Origin: Vulcanimicrobiota bacterium
Lineage (GTDB): Bacteria; Vulcanimicrobiota; Vulcanimicrobiia; Vulcanimicrobiales; Vulcanimicrobiaceae
Direction: 5' to 3'
Length of the DNA: 64,000 nt
Assembly: GCA_963777315.1 (NCBI GenBank)
Contig: CAVZQC010000002.1
Location: 864,704 to 928,703 of the forward strand
The notes under the pieces are model-generated. The model was not told the DNA's origin and ran no database searches. It saw nothing but the letters and a program-made list of their open reading frames with translations. The first letter of the stretch is position 1. Each line of letters starts with the position of its first letter. Both the position numbers and the translations under genes were made by a program. Positions 18,377-28,912 of this stretch are shown here, in pieces.

Positions 18377-21300
18377 TTGAAGGATGACAGGTTGAACTTC
18401 GCGAGTTTCGGACAGCGCCACGAAAAGACGATCGCATTCTTGGTGGCGGTGCTTGCAGTACTTGGCGTGTGGGCATACTCCACGACGCCTGCGAGCATTT
18501 TTCCGAACATGTCCTTCGCGCGCATCGACGTCGTGGCCGATGCCGGCAACTTGCCGCCGGACCAAGTGCGCGTCGCAGTGGCTGCGCCGCTTCAGCGGGC
18601 GTTTCTGGGTCTGCCGTCGGTTAGCCGCGTGACGACCCAGTCGTCGCAGGGAAGCGCCGAACTGATCGTGACCTTCGATACGGGCACCGACGTGCGGTTC
18701 GATCTGCAATACGTCAATCAAGCCATCTCGCAGATGCGCTCGATTCTGCCCGCGGATACCAATGTGAATGCGGTCATCGTGAATCCCAACAGCGAACCGG
18801 TGATATCGTACGCGCTGGTCGCCGGGGGGCTATCGCAGACCGTGCTGCGCGAGCTGGCGCAGCAATCGCTGGTGCCGCAGTTTTACGGCGTGCCCGGGCT
18901 GGCGCGCATTCTGCTCATCGGCGGTCCGGAGCGGGAGTATCACGTCACGTTGGATCCCGCCGCGCTGGCCGCGCACGGGCTGAGCGCAAACGACGTGGCC
19001 AAAGCGATTTCCGACGCCAATACCGTCAACGCGCTGGGAATACAGCAGCGGTACTATCAGCGCAACGTCATCGTTTTGGACGCGAAGGTGACAAGTCCGG
19101 CAGCCATCGCGCGCATCGTCGTGCCGGATGCCGCCCGTGCGCCCGTCCAAGTAGGGGACATCGGGACCGTTACGCTCGGCGTAGCGCCGATCACGACGCA
19201 AGTCAGCTACGATGCGCAGCACGCCGTTGCGATCAACTTTTACGGCTTGCCGGGATCCGACGCTGTCAAGATGGCCACGGCGGTTAAAACGAGGATGGCC
19301 GCCATCCAACCGCGTCTTCCGGCAGGCGTTTCAATCCACCGGTATTGGGATCAGACGGACCTGGTCGTGGATTCGCAGCGCAGCCTGCGCGACGCGATCC
19401 TCATCGGCGCAGTGCTGGCCGTGCTGGTCATTCTCGTGTTTTTGCGCAATCTGCGGGTAACGCTGGTTGCGGCAGTCGTCATTCCCATCGCGATGGCGAT
19501 TGCGATTTTCGTGATGAGCCGCCTGGGTCAGACGCTGAACTTGATGAGCGTCGGCGGTTTGGCCGTTGCGGTCGGGTTGATCATCGACGATGCAATCGTG
19601 GTGGTGGAAAACGTCGCCCGCAATTTCCACCGCTTTCCCGCGATGCGCAAAGCCGACGTCATCACGTTATCGATGGGCGAACTGGGCGCACCGATGGCAG
19701 CGTCTACCATTACGACGGTCGTCGTTTTCATTCCGCTGCTGCTGCTCACCGGCGTGAGCGGATTTTTCTTTCGGGCGCTGGCGCTCACGTTGGCTTCGGC
19801 GCTGGTTGTATCGCTGGGCTTGGCGTTGTTCGTCACGCCGCTGCTGTCATCGTGGCTCGTAAGCGAAGATCAAGAGCACAAGGAAGATACCGGTTTGATA
19901 GCCGGCGTGCTTTCGCGCTACGAGCCGCTGTTGCGCTGGACGCTCAAACGCCGCCCAATCGTTTACGCCGCATCCGCCGGCGTGCTCATCGCCACCGTAC
20001 TGCTGCTTTCACATCTTCCCAGCGATTTTCTGCCGCATCTGGACGAAGGGCAGTTCGAGGTCAGGTATACGATGCCGGTCGGCACGACGATCGAAGCCAG
20101 CGATGCCGCCGCGACGCAAATGGAACGCATCGCGATGCGCGACCCCGCCGTGATTTCGGTCGGCCGCTTTACCGGAATCGACACGAACGGCTATTCGCCC
20201 ACGCAGGTTCGGCAAGGGACGATTCGCATCCGGCTCAAACCGCAAAGGCAGCGCGCTTCGTATGAAACGGTCAGCGACCGGCTGCGCGTCCAGTTCGCTG
20301 AGGCGGTACCTGCGGCGCAATTGGACTTTCACCAAATCCTTGAAGACATGATTAACGACATGTCGGGTTCGCGCTCTCCGATCGAGATTACGCTGCAAGG
20401 CCCCGATCAGCAGGCGCTCGTGAACTTAGCCGGCGCCATAGCCGACAAAATGTCCAGCGTGCGCGGCGTTGCCGACGCGTTTTCGGGCGTGAACTACGAC
20501 GATCCCACCCTACGCGTCGATCCGAACGGATCGCGGCTGGCCGCACTGAACATCAGCGCGGCCGACCTGGGCGCGGCGCTGCAAGCGGCATCCCAAGGTT
20601 CCGTAGCGACGAACGTCGCCGGAACGCTCAACCTCATCCCCGTACGCGTGACCTTGGCCGGAGCCGGCCCCGATCTCAGCCAAACGCTGTTGCCGACGGC
20701 GTCGGGCGTGGTCGCGTTGAACAGCCTCGCGCAAGTGCGTCACGATCGACTCTCGACCGATATAACGGAGATCAACGGTCAGCGCGTCATGATCGTTACG
20801 GCCAACTACGGAGGCGCGAGCCTATCGTCGGTGATCGCAGGCGTGCGCAAGGAGCTCAAAGGCATCGCGCTTCCTCCCGGCTATACCGCGTCGATCGGCG
20901 GCGCGTATGAGGCTCAGCAGCAGTCGTTTCGGCAGTTCCTGGCGGTGATCCTGATTGCGGTAGCGCTGGTCTATTTCGTGATGCTCGCGACCTTTCAATC
21001 GTTTCGACTGCCGCTGGTGATTCTGACCGCGATTCCGCTCGCGCTCATCGGCGTGGCGCTGGGTTTGTTCGTAACGCGCACCGCGTTTAACGTGTCGTCG
21101 TTTATGGGACTCCTGCTGCTGGTCGGCCTCATCGTCAAAAACGGCATTCTGCTGATCGACGTGGCGAACCGGCAGCGCAAGGAAGGCGCGAGCGTCGAGG
21201 AGGCGCTGGTCGCCGCGGGGCGCACGCGATTGCGCCCGATCGTGATGACGACCTTCGCCGCGATCGGCGGTTTGCTGCCGCTGGCGTTGGGCATAGGCGC

Positions 21301-21427
21301 GGGCTCGGCGATGGAGCAGCCGCTCGCGATCGCAGTGATCGGCGGACTTTCGACGGCAACGGCCTTTACGCTGGTGCTCATACCGGTGCTGTACGCCGGT
21401 ATCGCCGGAAAGCGAACGCCCGCGTGA
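18377..21427 (+). CDS. RND efflux permease (AcrB/CusA family)
   Basis: GLIIDDAIVVVEN, VKNGILLID, RLRPIVMTT. Confidence 0.93.
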   Translation: MKDDRLNFASFGQRHEKTIAFLVAVLAVLGVWAYSTTPASIFPNMSFARIDVVADAGNLPPDQVRVAVAAPLQRAFLGLPSVSRVTTQSSQGSAELIVTFDTGTDVRFDLQYVNQAISQMRSILPADTNVNAVIVNPNSEPVISYALVAGGLSQTVLRELAQQSLVPQFYGVPGLARILLIGGPEREYHVTLDPAALAAHGLSANDVAKAISDANTVNALGIQQRYYQRNVIVLDAKVTSPAAIARIVVPDAARAPVQVGDIGTVTLGVAPITTQVSYDAQHAVAINFYGLPGSDAVKMATAVKTRMAAIQPRLPAGVSIHRYWDQTDLVVDSQRSLRDAILIGAVLAVLVILVFLRNLRVTLVAAVVIPIAMAIAIFVMSRLGQTLNLMSVGGLAVAVGLIIDDAIVVVENVARNFHRFPAMRKADVITLSMGELGAPMAASTITTVVVFIPLLLLTGVSGFFFRALALTLASALVVSLGLALFVTPLLSSWLVSEDQEHKEDTGLIAGVLSRYEPLLRWTLKRRPIVYAASAGVLIATVLLLSHLPSDFLPHLDEGQFEVRYTMPVGTTIEASDAAATQMERIAMRDPAVISVGRFTGIDTNGYSPTQVRQGTIRIRLKPQRQRASYETVSDRLRVQFAEAVPAAQLDFHQILEDMINDMSGSRSPIEITLQGPDQQALVNLAGAIADKMSSVRGVADAFSGVNYDDPTLRVDPNGSRLAALNISAADLGAALQAASQGSVATNVAGTLNLIPVRVTLAGAGPDLSQTLLPTASGVVALNSLAQVRHDRLSTDITEINGQRVMIVTANYGGASLSSVIAGVRKELKGIALPPGYTASIGGAYEAQQQSFRQFLAVILIAVALVYFVMLATFQSFRLPLVILTAIPLALIGVALGLFVTRTAFNVSSFMGLLLLVGLIVKNGILLIDVANRQRKEGASVEEALVAAGRTRLRPIVMTTFAAIGGLLPLALGIGAGSAMEQPLAIAVIGGLSTATAFTLVLIPVLYAGIAGKRTPA

Positions 21428-22653
21428 TCGCAGCGCTGGTGCTTGCCGCGATCGGCGCCGCCGCGCCGGTTCCCAAACAGTTTGCCGCAATGCCGCTGGA
21501 TCTTGCGCTCGAGCAAGCAGTTACCGTGTCGCCCGACGTCGCGCAAGCGCGCGAACGCGTCACCGAAGACCTGGCTTTGCTGGATGCAGCTCGCGGCCTG
21601 GCCGCGCCGGCGCTCACGGCGAATTACACGCAGGCACCGCAAGGCGGCGGCAACGACACGACGATCACGCAACGACTTGCAACGGTCGGCGCGCAAATAA
21701 CGCTTGGCGATTACTTCGCGTACTCGCCGACGATCCGGCAAGCGGCCTTTACGTTAGCCGGAGCGCAGTTCGATTTGCTCGACGCTCGGCGAACCGAACG
21801 CTTAAAGGTCATCGGCCAGTATTACGCCGCGCTCAAAGCCGTCGCGACCGTCGACCTACGCGCGCAGGATTACACCGGCGCGCAGCGCGATTTGCGAGCC
21901 GCGCAGGTGCGCTACCACGCAGGCGATGCGCCGCGCTTGGACGTCGTGCGCGCGCAAGTCGCGCTGGCGAACGCGCAAGCCAATCTCGACGCCGCCCGCG
22001 TCGATTTCGCCAATGCGCGCGATGCCCTTGCGATCGAAACGGGAATGCCCGGCGGCGGATTTACGCGGCTGGCCGATACCGCGATCGCGCCGTCTCCACC
22101 GCTGCAGGCACAAGTCGCAGAGCGCCGCGCGCTCGCGCAGCGCAGCGACCTGTTTTCGGCAATGCAGGCCGTCAATGCGCAGCAAGCCGCCGTGCGGGTC
22201 GCCGAACGCGGCGTTCTGCCTGCAGTCGTGGTCAACGTCGGTTACACCGGCGGAGTCGACTCCGGGGTGGCCGTGCACGGGCCGTCCGCGACCGTCAACG
22301 TGGCGTTGCCGATTTCGCACGCCGCACAGTATCGCGCGGCTGCCGAACGCGCGCGTTTGGCGCAGGCGCAGGCTAGAAGCGCTGCAATACGCCGGCGGAT
22401 CGTCGTCGAGGTCGGAGCGGCTGCGCGCACGTACGAAGAAACGGTGCGCGCAGCGAAATCGGCCACACGCGCCCGGATCGCCGCGCAGGAGGAATTGCGC
22501 GCCACGCAGATCGGCTACCGCAGCGGCGCAAGTTCGAGCTTGGACGTCGCCGACGCGCGTCGCACGTACGTGCAGGCGGCGCTGAACGAACTGTCCGCAA
22601 TCTACGCGCAGGCGCAATCCGCCGCGAGTTTGCAGGAGGAGATGGGACCGTGA
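21424..22653 (+). CDS. TolC-family outer membrane factor
   Basis: Helical repeats RYHAGDAPRLDV / GYRSGASSSLDV; in RND operon. Confidence 0.85.
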   Translation: MIAALVLAAIGAAAPVPKQFAAMPLDLALEQAVTVSPDVAQARERVTEDLALLDAARGLAAPALTANYTQAPQGGGNDTTITQRLATVGAQITLGDYFAYSPTIRQAAFTLAGAQFDLLDARRTERLKVIGQYYAALKAVATVDLRAQDYTGAQRDLRAAQVRYHAGDAPRLDVVRAQVALANAQANLDAARVDFANARDALAIETGMPGGGFTRLADTAIAPSPPLQAQVAERRALAQRSDLFSAMQAVNAQQAAVRVAERGVLPAVVVNVGYTGGVDSGVAVHGPSATVNVALPISHAAQYRAAAERARLAQAQARSAAIRRRIVVEVGAAARTYEETVRAAKSATRARIAAQEELRATQIGYRSGASSSLDVADARRTYVQAALNELSAIYAQAQSAASLQEEMGP

Positions 22654-23801
22654 AGGTGTGCGGCGCGTTGGCGCTCGCGGCGGTACTCGCCGTATCGAGC
22701 GGTTGCGGCGGCCATGAATCCGCGGCGACGCACGCCCAGCCGGCCGTGCAACTCGTTTCCGCTACGCTCGCGACGTACGTGGAGCGCGTGAGCGCGGTCG
22801 GTCGCATCGGCGCGCCGGCGGGCGCGCTGACCAAACTGTCGTTCGCGGAGCCCGGGATTCTGCAGAACGTCGGGGTGCGAATCGGCGATCGCGTTTCTGC
22901 GGGCGAACCGCTCGCGCAGCTCGATACCAGCGGCTTGTCGCTCGCGGCAGCGCAAGCGCAAGCGGATGCGCGAGCAGCGGCAGCCAATGCGCAGCAGTCC
23001 GCAGTCGATCGCACCAGCACCAAGATCGCGGTAGACGAAGCTGCGGTGCGCCGGGAGGAGTCGCTGTACGCTGCCGGCGTTGCGGCGCTCAAAGACGTGC
23101 AAGCCGCGCGCGCGCAGCTCGCGCAGGATCGCGCCGAAGCTGCCGGTGCGCGTGCGCAAGTGTCGGGCGCGAGCGCCCAAGCGCAGAGCGCACAAGACCG
23201 CGCCGCTTTGGCGCAGCGCGATTTGTCCAACGGCACGCTGCGTTCTCCAATCGACGGCGTCGTGACGGCAATCTACAAACGGGCGGGCGAATCGGTCGAT
23301 CCGACGACGCCCGTACTAGCGGTCGGGCCGGGCAGCTCGCACGAAGTGACGCTCGATCTGCCGTCCTCGGATGCCGCGCGGGTCCACACCGGCGACCGCG
23401 TTGCGCTTTCTGTTCCCGGGACGGATCTGCGAAGCACGGGAAGGGTGGCCGGCGTTTCGCCCGCGTTGGATCCGACCACGCAAACGGCGACGATCCTCGT
23501 CGACGGCGTGCCCACCGGAGCGCCGGCGGGAAGCGCGGTGCAAGCGAGCATTCGCGTCGCCGCAGATCGCGGCGTCGTCATACCGCAAAGCGCAATCGTT
23601 CAAGATCCGCAGAGCGGCGCGACGCTGGTCTTCGTTGAAACCCGCGACGCGGGCGGCAACGCCAAATTCGAGCAGCGCTCCGTAACGGTCGGCCGGCAAA
23701 ATGGAACGCAGGTGCTGATCGCTTCGGGCTTGCGTCCGGGAGAGCGCATCGCCGCGCAGGGAGCATTCGCATTGCTGGCCCCCGCCGGAGGCGGTCCGTA
23801 G
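22650..23801 (+). CDS. RND periplasmic adaptor (MFP)
   Basis: Lipoprotein signal; LRSPIDGVV; SGLRPGERI. Confidence 0.88.
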   Translation: MKVCGALALAAVLAVSSGCGGHESAATHAQPAVQLVSATLATYVERVSAVGRIGAPAGALTKLSFAEPGILQNVGVRIGDRVSAGEPLAQLDTSGLSLAAAQAQADARAAAANAQQSAVDRTSTKIAVDEAAVRREESLYAAGVAALKDVQAARAQLAQDRAEAAGARAQVSGASAQAQSAQDRAALAQRDLSNGTLRSPIDGVVTAIYKRAGESVDPTTPVLAVGPGSSHEVTLDLPSSDAARVHTGDRVALSVPGTDLRSTGRVAGVSPALDPTTQTATILVDGVPTGAPAGSAVQASIRVAADRGVVIPQSAIVQDPQSGATLVFVETRDAGGNAKFEQRSVTVGRQNGTQVLIASGLRPGERIAAQGAFALLAPAGGGP

Positions 23802-23809
23802 AGCGACCG

Positions 23810-24715
23810 TCAGCGGTACGTAAAGCCCTGGACGAAATCGCCGGCCGGCGTGCCCCACACCGTCCATATTCGCCCGGTTGCCGGATCGATCGCAACGTTG
23901 TGCATGTGCGTGCTGATCATCTGGGAGGCGAGTTGTTTCGGCGCGGCGTTTGCAGAAATCTGATACAGATAGATGCTCGTGCCCCCGCAGGCCAGCATTT
24001 CGGTTTGCTGATCCAAGTCGCACTGGTCGACGTGCGGCAAGGCGGCGGTCGAGACGCGCTTGCCGTAGGTGGTGTAGACGCTGAGCGCGCCATTTTCACC
24101 GCCGACGATGAGCAGGCGGTGCGCCTGGTCGAACTGCAGCGGGTGATTGTTACCGATATCCGGCGTGGGAATGGTGCGGGTCACCGTCAGCGTCTTCGGG
24201 TCGATCACGACGATTTCGCCGTTGCTCGCGATGTTCTGATAAACGTCGTGCGTCTTGGGATCGACGACCAGATACTCGGGCTTGTGTCCCGGCAGAATGA
24301 CGCTCGCGATTTGCTTGAACGTCGTGGCATCGATGACGAACATGTGGGTGCCGTCGTCTTCGTCGGCGTAGATGCGGTGATACGTGGGATCGTACGCGAT
24401 CGCGTCGACGTGGCCGTTGACGCTCGCGCGATGCACCTCTTTCATCGCCACGGGATCGACCTCGGAGACCGCATCGCCTTCACCGTCGCCCGTGTAGACG
24501 TGGCCCGTCTGCGGATCGACCGCCACCCCGGCCATCGGGCCGACTTTGACTTGGCCCAGCACCTTGCCGCTGTCGGCGTCGACGATCAGCAGCGCGTCGT
24601 TTCCGCCGTGCGCGGCATACACGCGGCGGCGAACGGCGTCGACGGTGACGTAATCGAAGCCGTGTCCGGCGCCGGTCGCTACGGGCTGCGGTGGGATGAA
24701 CGGAACGATCGGCAT
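23810..24715 (-). CDS. YncE/YVTN-type beta-propeller protein
   Basis: GFDYVTVDAVRRRVYAAH and repeated xDPxT blades. Confidence 0.75.
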   Translation of the reverse strand: MPIVPFIPPQPVATGAGHGFDYVTVDAVRRRVYAAHGGNDALLIVDADSGKVLGQVKVGPMAGVAVDPQTGHVYTGDGEGDAVSEVDPVAMKEVHRASVNGHVDAIAYDPTYHRIYADEDDGTHMFVIDATTFKQIASVILPGHKPEYLVVDPKTHDVYQNIASNGEIVVIDPKTLTVTRTIPTPDIGNNHPLQFDQAHRLLIVGGENGALSVYTTYGKRVSTAALPHVDQCDLDQQTEMLACGGTSIYLYQISANAAPKQLASQMISTHMHNVAIDPATGRIWTVWGTPAGDFVQGFTYR

Positions 24716-24726
24716 GGGCGGCTCCT

Positions 24727-25908
24727 TTAGGCGGGTTCGGGTTCGAAAAACTGCAGGCTGCGCGGCTTTGGCGGAATCTCGGTATACGCCATGGGCCGGT
24801 CCCACCAATCGCGGCTGCGCCAGCGAAGCTGATCGACGGTGGGTTGCGCAGGCAGACGGAGTTCGATTGCCTTTGCGTAGACTCCCATGTAGCGATCGAT
24901 CATGCGATCCACCGTAAATTCCGCTTCGACGCGCGCGCGGCACGCGCGCCGGTCGAGCGAGGCAAGCAGCGGCACCTTTTCCAGCGCGTCGTCGACCGAG
25001 TTGCACAAGAACCCCGTCACGCCGTCTACCACGATCTCCGGAATCGACCCCATGTTCGCGCCGAGCACGGGCGTGCCGCACGCCATCGCTTCCACCATGG
25101 TCAGGCCAAAGCGTTCTGGTCGAGTCGTCATATGCACGAGCGCGAGCGCGTTGCGCAGCAGCTCGTTGCGCGCACGCCGCCGCACTTCGCCCAAAAACTC
25201 GATTTGAACGCCGTCGATGTGCGGCGCAACCATCGTTGCAAAGTACTGCTCGTCCTGCGGGATGGCCGCGATCTTCAGCTGCTTTCCGCTGCGTTTGGCG
25301 ATCTCTATGGCCAAATGCGTGCCCTTTTCGGGATGAAACCGTCCCAGAAAAACGAGATACTCGCCCGGACGCTCGTTGAAGGTGAACTCCGCGGGATCGA
25401 TGCCGTTGTAGGTCGTCGCCAAGTACGACAGTCCGGGATCGCGATCGGAGTTACTGATCGAGCAATAAAAACTGCGCCACGCGCAGGCGTAGTAGGCGGC
25501 CAAAATTTGCGGGCTAGAAAATCCGTGCACCGTCGTGAGCATGGGAGGCGCGCGCAGACCCAGCGCATACGTCATCGGCTTCCAATCGAAATTGCTGTGA
25601 ATCAGATCGAACCGGCCGGCGCGCTCCATCAAGCGACCGATGTGGAGCGCGGTGAAAACGTCCGCATCGAGCGCCGGATCTTCCGCAAGCCCCACCGGAA
25701 CCACCGATGCCACGGGCCCCTCGAAGCGCGAGTTTTCCGTTGCGAACAACGTCACGTCCAATCCGCGCCGCCGCATGCCGTCGGCGATGTTGAATGCGAT
25801 CTGCTCCCAGGGTCCGTAGCCGGGCGGCGGCGTGGGCCAGGTAATCGGCGCGAGCACGGCTACGCGCAGTCCTTTTAAAGCCTGTTCTGCCTTCGTCGAA
25901 GGGTTCAC
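24727..25908 (-). CDS. Glycosyltransferase family 4
   Basis: PPPGYGPWE, LGRFHPEKG, ERFGLTMVEAMACGTPV. Confidence 0.9.
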   Translation of the reverse strand: MNPSTKAEQALKGLRVAVLAPITWPTPPPGYGPWEQIAFNIADGMRRRGLDVTLFATENSRFEGPVASVVPVGLAEDPALDADVFTALHIGRLMERAGRFDLIHSNFDWKPMTYALGLRAPPMLTTVHGFSSPQILAAYYACAWRSFYCSISNSDRDPGLSYLATTYNGIDPAEFTFNERPGEYLVFLGRFHPEKGTHLAIEIAKRSGKQLKIAAIPQDEQYFATMVAPHIDGVQIEFLGEVRRRARNELLRNALALVHMTTRPERFGLTMVEAMACGTPVLGANMGSIPEIVVDGVTGFLCNSVDDALEKVPLLASLDRRACRARVEAEFTVDRMIDRYMGVYAKAIELRLPAQPTVDQLRWRSRDWWDRPMAYTEIPPKPRSLQFFEPEPA

Positions 25909-25917
25909 GATGGTTTG

Positions 25918-26862
25918 TTACCCACTTTGATAAAGCGCGAGCAGTTCGCGCGCATGCGCGGCGAGCGCATCGCACAATTCCTGCGGATCCAGCGCTCGCG
26001 CCGCGGAGCCAAAACCGGCGATTTGATCGACCGCCGAACGGAATGACGGGAACCGCATGCGCAGCGTGCGCCCACGCTCGTCGCCGGAAACGACGTCGAT
26101 GTCGCCGTACGACATGATGCGTTCCATCGAATCCGCGCGCACGTAGAGTGTCGCGTGATACCACTCCATCGGCCGTTCGATCGCGGCTTTCGAAGAGTGC
26201 CAATGCGCTTCGAGATCGAACCCGTCATCGCGGCTGAATTGCATGCGCAATTCTTCCGCTGCGGTCATGCGATCGACGCGGAAAGTACGCAACTCGCCGT
26301 CCTCCTGGCGCGCGACCAGATACCACACGCCGGCTTTGGAAACCAGACCGAGCGGATCGGCGATACGTTCGGTTGCGCTTCCCGTGCGATCTTTATAACC
26401 GATGCGCACCCGGCGATCGTCCCACACCGCGCGGCGCAGTACTGCGAGCAGCGCTGTGGGCTGCTCGCTGCGGTACCAGCGGTTGTGGTCGAGGAGAATG
26501 CGCTGGCGCGCTTTATTCGCGGCGCGGCGCTGCAAGTCGGGAAGCGCGCCGGCGATTTTGTCGAGTGCCTGCCGGTGCGAGGTCACGCCCAGTTCGGCGA
26601 GCGGATCCACCGCCGCGAGAAAGAGCGCGTTGAGCTCGTCGGTGCTGAACTGGGCGATGGCTTGGCGATATCCGTCGGAGAGCGCAATGCCGCCATTGCT
26701 TCCGCGCTCGGCATACACGGGAACACCCGATGCGCCGAGCGCCTCGACGTCGCGGTAGATGGTCCGCTGTGAGACCTCGAGCGCCGCGGCGAGTTCGCGG
26801 GCGGTTCTGGGACTGCGCGCCTGCAGCAGGAGCATCACAGAAACCATGCGCTCCGACTTCAT
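25918..26862 (-). CDS. YafY-type HTH-WYL transcriptional regulator
   Basis: ARELAAALEVSQRTIYRDV HTH; KAGVWYLVA...RTFRVDR WYL. Confidence 0.92.
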   Translation of the reverse strand: MKSERMVSVMLLLQARSPRTARELAAALEVSQRTIYRDVEALGASGVPVYAERGSNGGIALSDGYRQAIAQFSTDELNALFLAAVDPLAELGVTSHRQALDKIAGALPDLQRRAANKARQRILLDHNRWYRSEQPTALLAVLRRAVWDDRRVRIGYKDRTGSATERIADPLGLVSKAGVWYLVARQEDGELRTFRVDRMTAAEELRMQFSRDDGFDLEAHWHSSKAAIERPMEWYHATLYVRADSMERIMSYGDIDVVSGDERGRTLRMRFPSFRSAVDQIAGFGSAARALDPQELCDALAAHARELLALYQSG

Positions 26863-26885
26863 ATATGACAGCACTTGGCATATAT
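26861..26885. promoter_or_regulatory. Palindromic operator between WYL regulator and VOC genes
   Basis: ATATATGACA-GCACT-TGGCATATAT. Confidence 0.65.
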
Positions 26886-26905
26886 CGACGCTTATCCTTT
26901 GAGGC

Positions 26906-27301
26906 ATGGCAAGCACAAAGATTTCGGCACCCCGCGGCATCGATGCGGTGTACTACATGGTCAAGGACGTCGCCCGGGCTCGCAGATTTTATGAAGAGGC
27001 TCTGGGCTTTGCGCCCAGTTTCGTCGCCGAAGCCGGCGCCGAATGGGAGGGCGTCGAGTACGAGATGCCCACGGGCCAGACGTTCGGTCTGGGCAAGAGC
27101 TCCGGGGCTCCGTGGCGCGAGTCCGGCGGGGCGATGATCTCCGTCGACGATGTGGGAGCCGCAACGGAACGCGTTAAGGCAGCAGGCGGAAAGGTGCACG
27201 CCGAGCCGTTCGATTCGCCGGTCTGCATCATGTCGTGGTGTGAGGATACCGAAGGCAACACGTTTTCACTGCATCATCGTAAAGACGGGAGTGTTGGATA
27301 A
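26906..27301 (+). CDS. VOC/glyoxalase family protein
   Basis: VKDVARARRFYEEALG; DTEGNTFSLH. Confidence 0.88.
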   Translation: MASTKISAPRGIDAVYYMVKDVARARRFYEEALGFAPSFVAEAGAEWEGVEYEMPTGQTFGLGKSSGAPWRESGGAMISVDDVGAATERVKAAGGKVHAEPFDSPVCIMSWCEDTEGNTFSLHHRKDGSVG

Positions 27302-27684
27302 TGGCAACTGCGCAATCAGCGGCAACGATCACCGGGATCGACGCCATTTACTATCTTGCGAAAAACTTCGATCGCGCGCGCCGCTTCTATGAAAGCGCGT
27401 TCGGCTTGCGCGCGTCGATGGAGATGATCGGCGAAGGCGGCGGTTCGTTCGTCGAGTACGAGTTGCCGGACGGCGCGACGTTCGGAATAGCAACGATCCA
27501 GGATTCGCCCTGGCACATGAACGGCAGCATCGAATTTGCCGTGCCCGACGTCGATGCCGCCCTGGTGCGGGCGAAAGCGGAAGGGGCGACGCTGAACGAG
27601 GACGTCGAATTGCCGACGTGCCGCATGGCGTGGCTGACGGATACGGAAGGCAATTCGCTCTGCCTGCACAAGCGAAAAACCTGA
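27301..27684 (+). CDS. VOC/glyoxalase family protein (paralogue)
   Basis: RARRFYESAFG; DTEGNSLCLH. Confidence 0.88.
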   Translation: MATAQSAATITGIDAIYYLAKNFDRARRFYESAFGLRASMEMIGEGGGSFVEYELPDGATFGIATIQDSPWHMNGSIEFAVPDVDAALVRAKAEGATLNEDVELPTCRMAWLTDTEGNSLCLHKRKT

Positions 27685-27763
27685 ACTCATCGTCGTAGCC
27701 CCGCGATGCTTCCATCGGAGCGCGAACTCAATGAGCGCATCGCTGTGCTCCGATCGAGCGGGT

Positions 27764-28912
27764 CTAAATGAAGGCGCCACCTTTCATGACGGCAGCCGGG
27801 GAAGACAACGTGCGCAAATTGCGTCCAATGTCGCTTGCGAGCATAAGCACATCAGCGGGTTCGCCCGCGGCCAGCACGCCGCGATGCAGACCGATCAGTT
27901 CGGCGGCCACCGCGGTTGCCGCGTGCAGCGCCTGCTGCGCCGACATGCCGAGCACCTCGTGCATCAGCACGACCTCGTCCGCATAATTTTCGTGATAGTT
28001 GAATGGCGTACCGGCATCCGAGCCTCCCGCGAACTTTACGCCGGCTTCGAATGCGCGCCGGAGATTGCGTGAAAGGTTTTCGGTGATCTCGCGCGCTTTG
28101 CGCACGACGTAGTCGGGTTGGCCTCCGTGCTCGGCATGCTCCAAGATGCACGCCGGTGCAGTGAGCGTTGGAACGAGATACGCGCCGCGTTGCTTGAAGA
28201 GCGCGATGCCTTCGTCGTCGAGCATATGACCGTGCTCGATGGAATCGACCCCGGCGCGCAGTGCGTCCTTGATGCCTTGCGTTCCGATCGCATGAGCGGC
28301 GACGCGCATCTCGTGCCGATGCGCCTCCTCGCATGCGGCGCTCATTTCTTCGAGCGTCAGCTGCGCGATACCCGGAACTGCGCCCTTGGTCAGCACGCCG
28401 CCCGTTGCAATGAGCTTGATGCAATCCGCGCCGCTCTTGCGCTGCTCGCGCACACCTTTGCGCGCATCCCACGGGCTGTCGACGGCGCGGCCGATCGGCC
28501 AGCCGTGTCCGCCGGTCATGCACAAGACGCGCCCCGCGGCGCGCATGCGCGGACCTGGAATCCGGCCTTGTTCGATTGCATCGCGAATCTCGATCGCGAT
28601 CTCCTCGCTCGCGCCGACGTCGCGCACCGTCGTGACGCCGGCCGCCACCGTTTTGCGCGCGTTCTCCACCGCGTGCAGCATTCGCTGCATCGGCGTGACG
28701 ACGTTCACCAAACTCAGCGGATCGGGCTGGCCGCTCATCTCCAAATGCACGTGTGCGTTTACCAGACCCGGCGTGATGCAGGCCGCTTCGCGATCGCAAT
28801 CTCCGCTCGCATCCCGAACCTCCGTAACGCGCGGGCCTTCGACGACGAGGTCGACGTTGCGCCGCGGCGCCTCCATGCTGCCGTCATAAAACACGCCCGC
28901 GCGAAGAATCAT
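27764..28912 (-). CDS. Metal-dependent amidohydrolase (prolidase-like)
   Basis: PGLVNAHVH, AAHAIG, SIEHG, GSDAG. Confidence 0.88.
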   Translation of the reverse strand: MILRAGVFYDGSMEAPRRNVDLVVEGPRVTEVRDASGDCDREAACITPGLVNAHVHLEMSGQPDPLSLVNVVTPMQRMLHAVENARKTVAAGVTTVRDVGASEEIAIEIRDAIEQGRIPGPRMRAAGRVLCMTGGHGWPIGRAVDSPWDARKGVREQRKSGADCIKLIATGGVLTKGAVPGIAQLTLEEMSAACEEAHRHEMRVAAHAIGTQGIKDALRAGVDSIEHGHMLDDEGIALFKQRGAYLVPTLTAPACILEHAEHGGQPDYVVRKAREITENLSRNLRRAFEAGVKFAGGSDAGTPFNYHENYADEVVLMHEVLGMSAQQALHAATAVAAELIGLHRGVLAAGEPADVLMLASDIGRNLRTLSSPAAVMKGGAFI

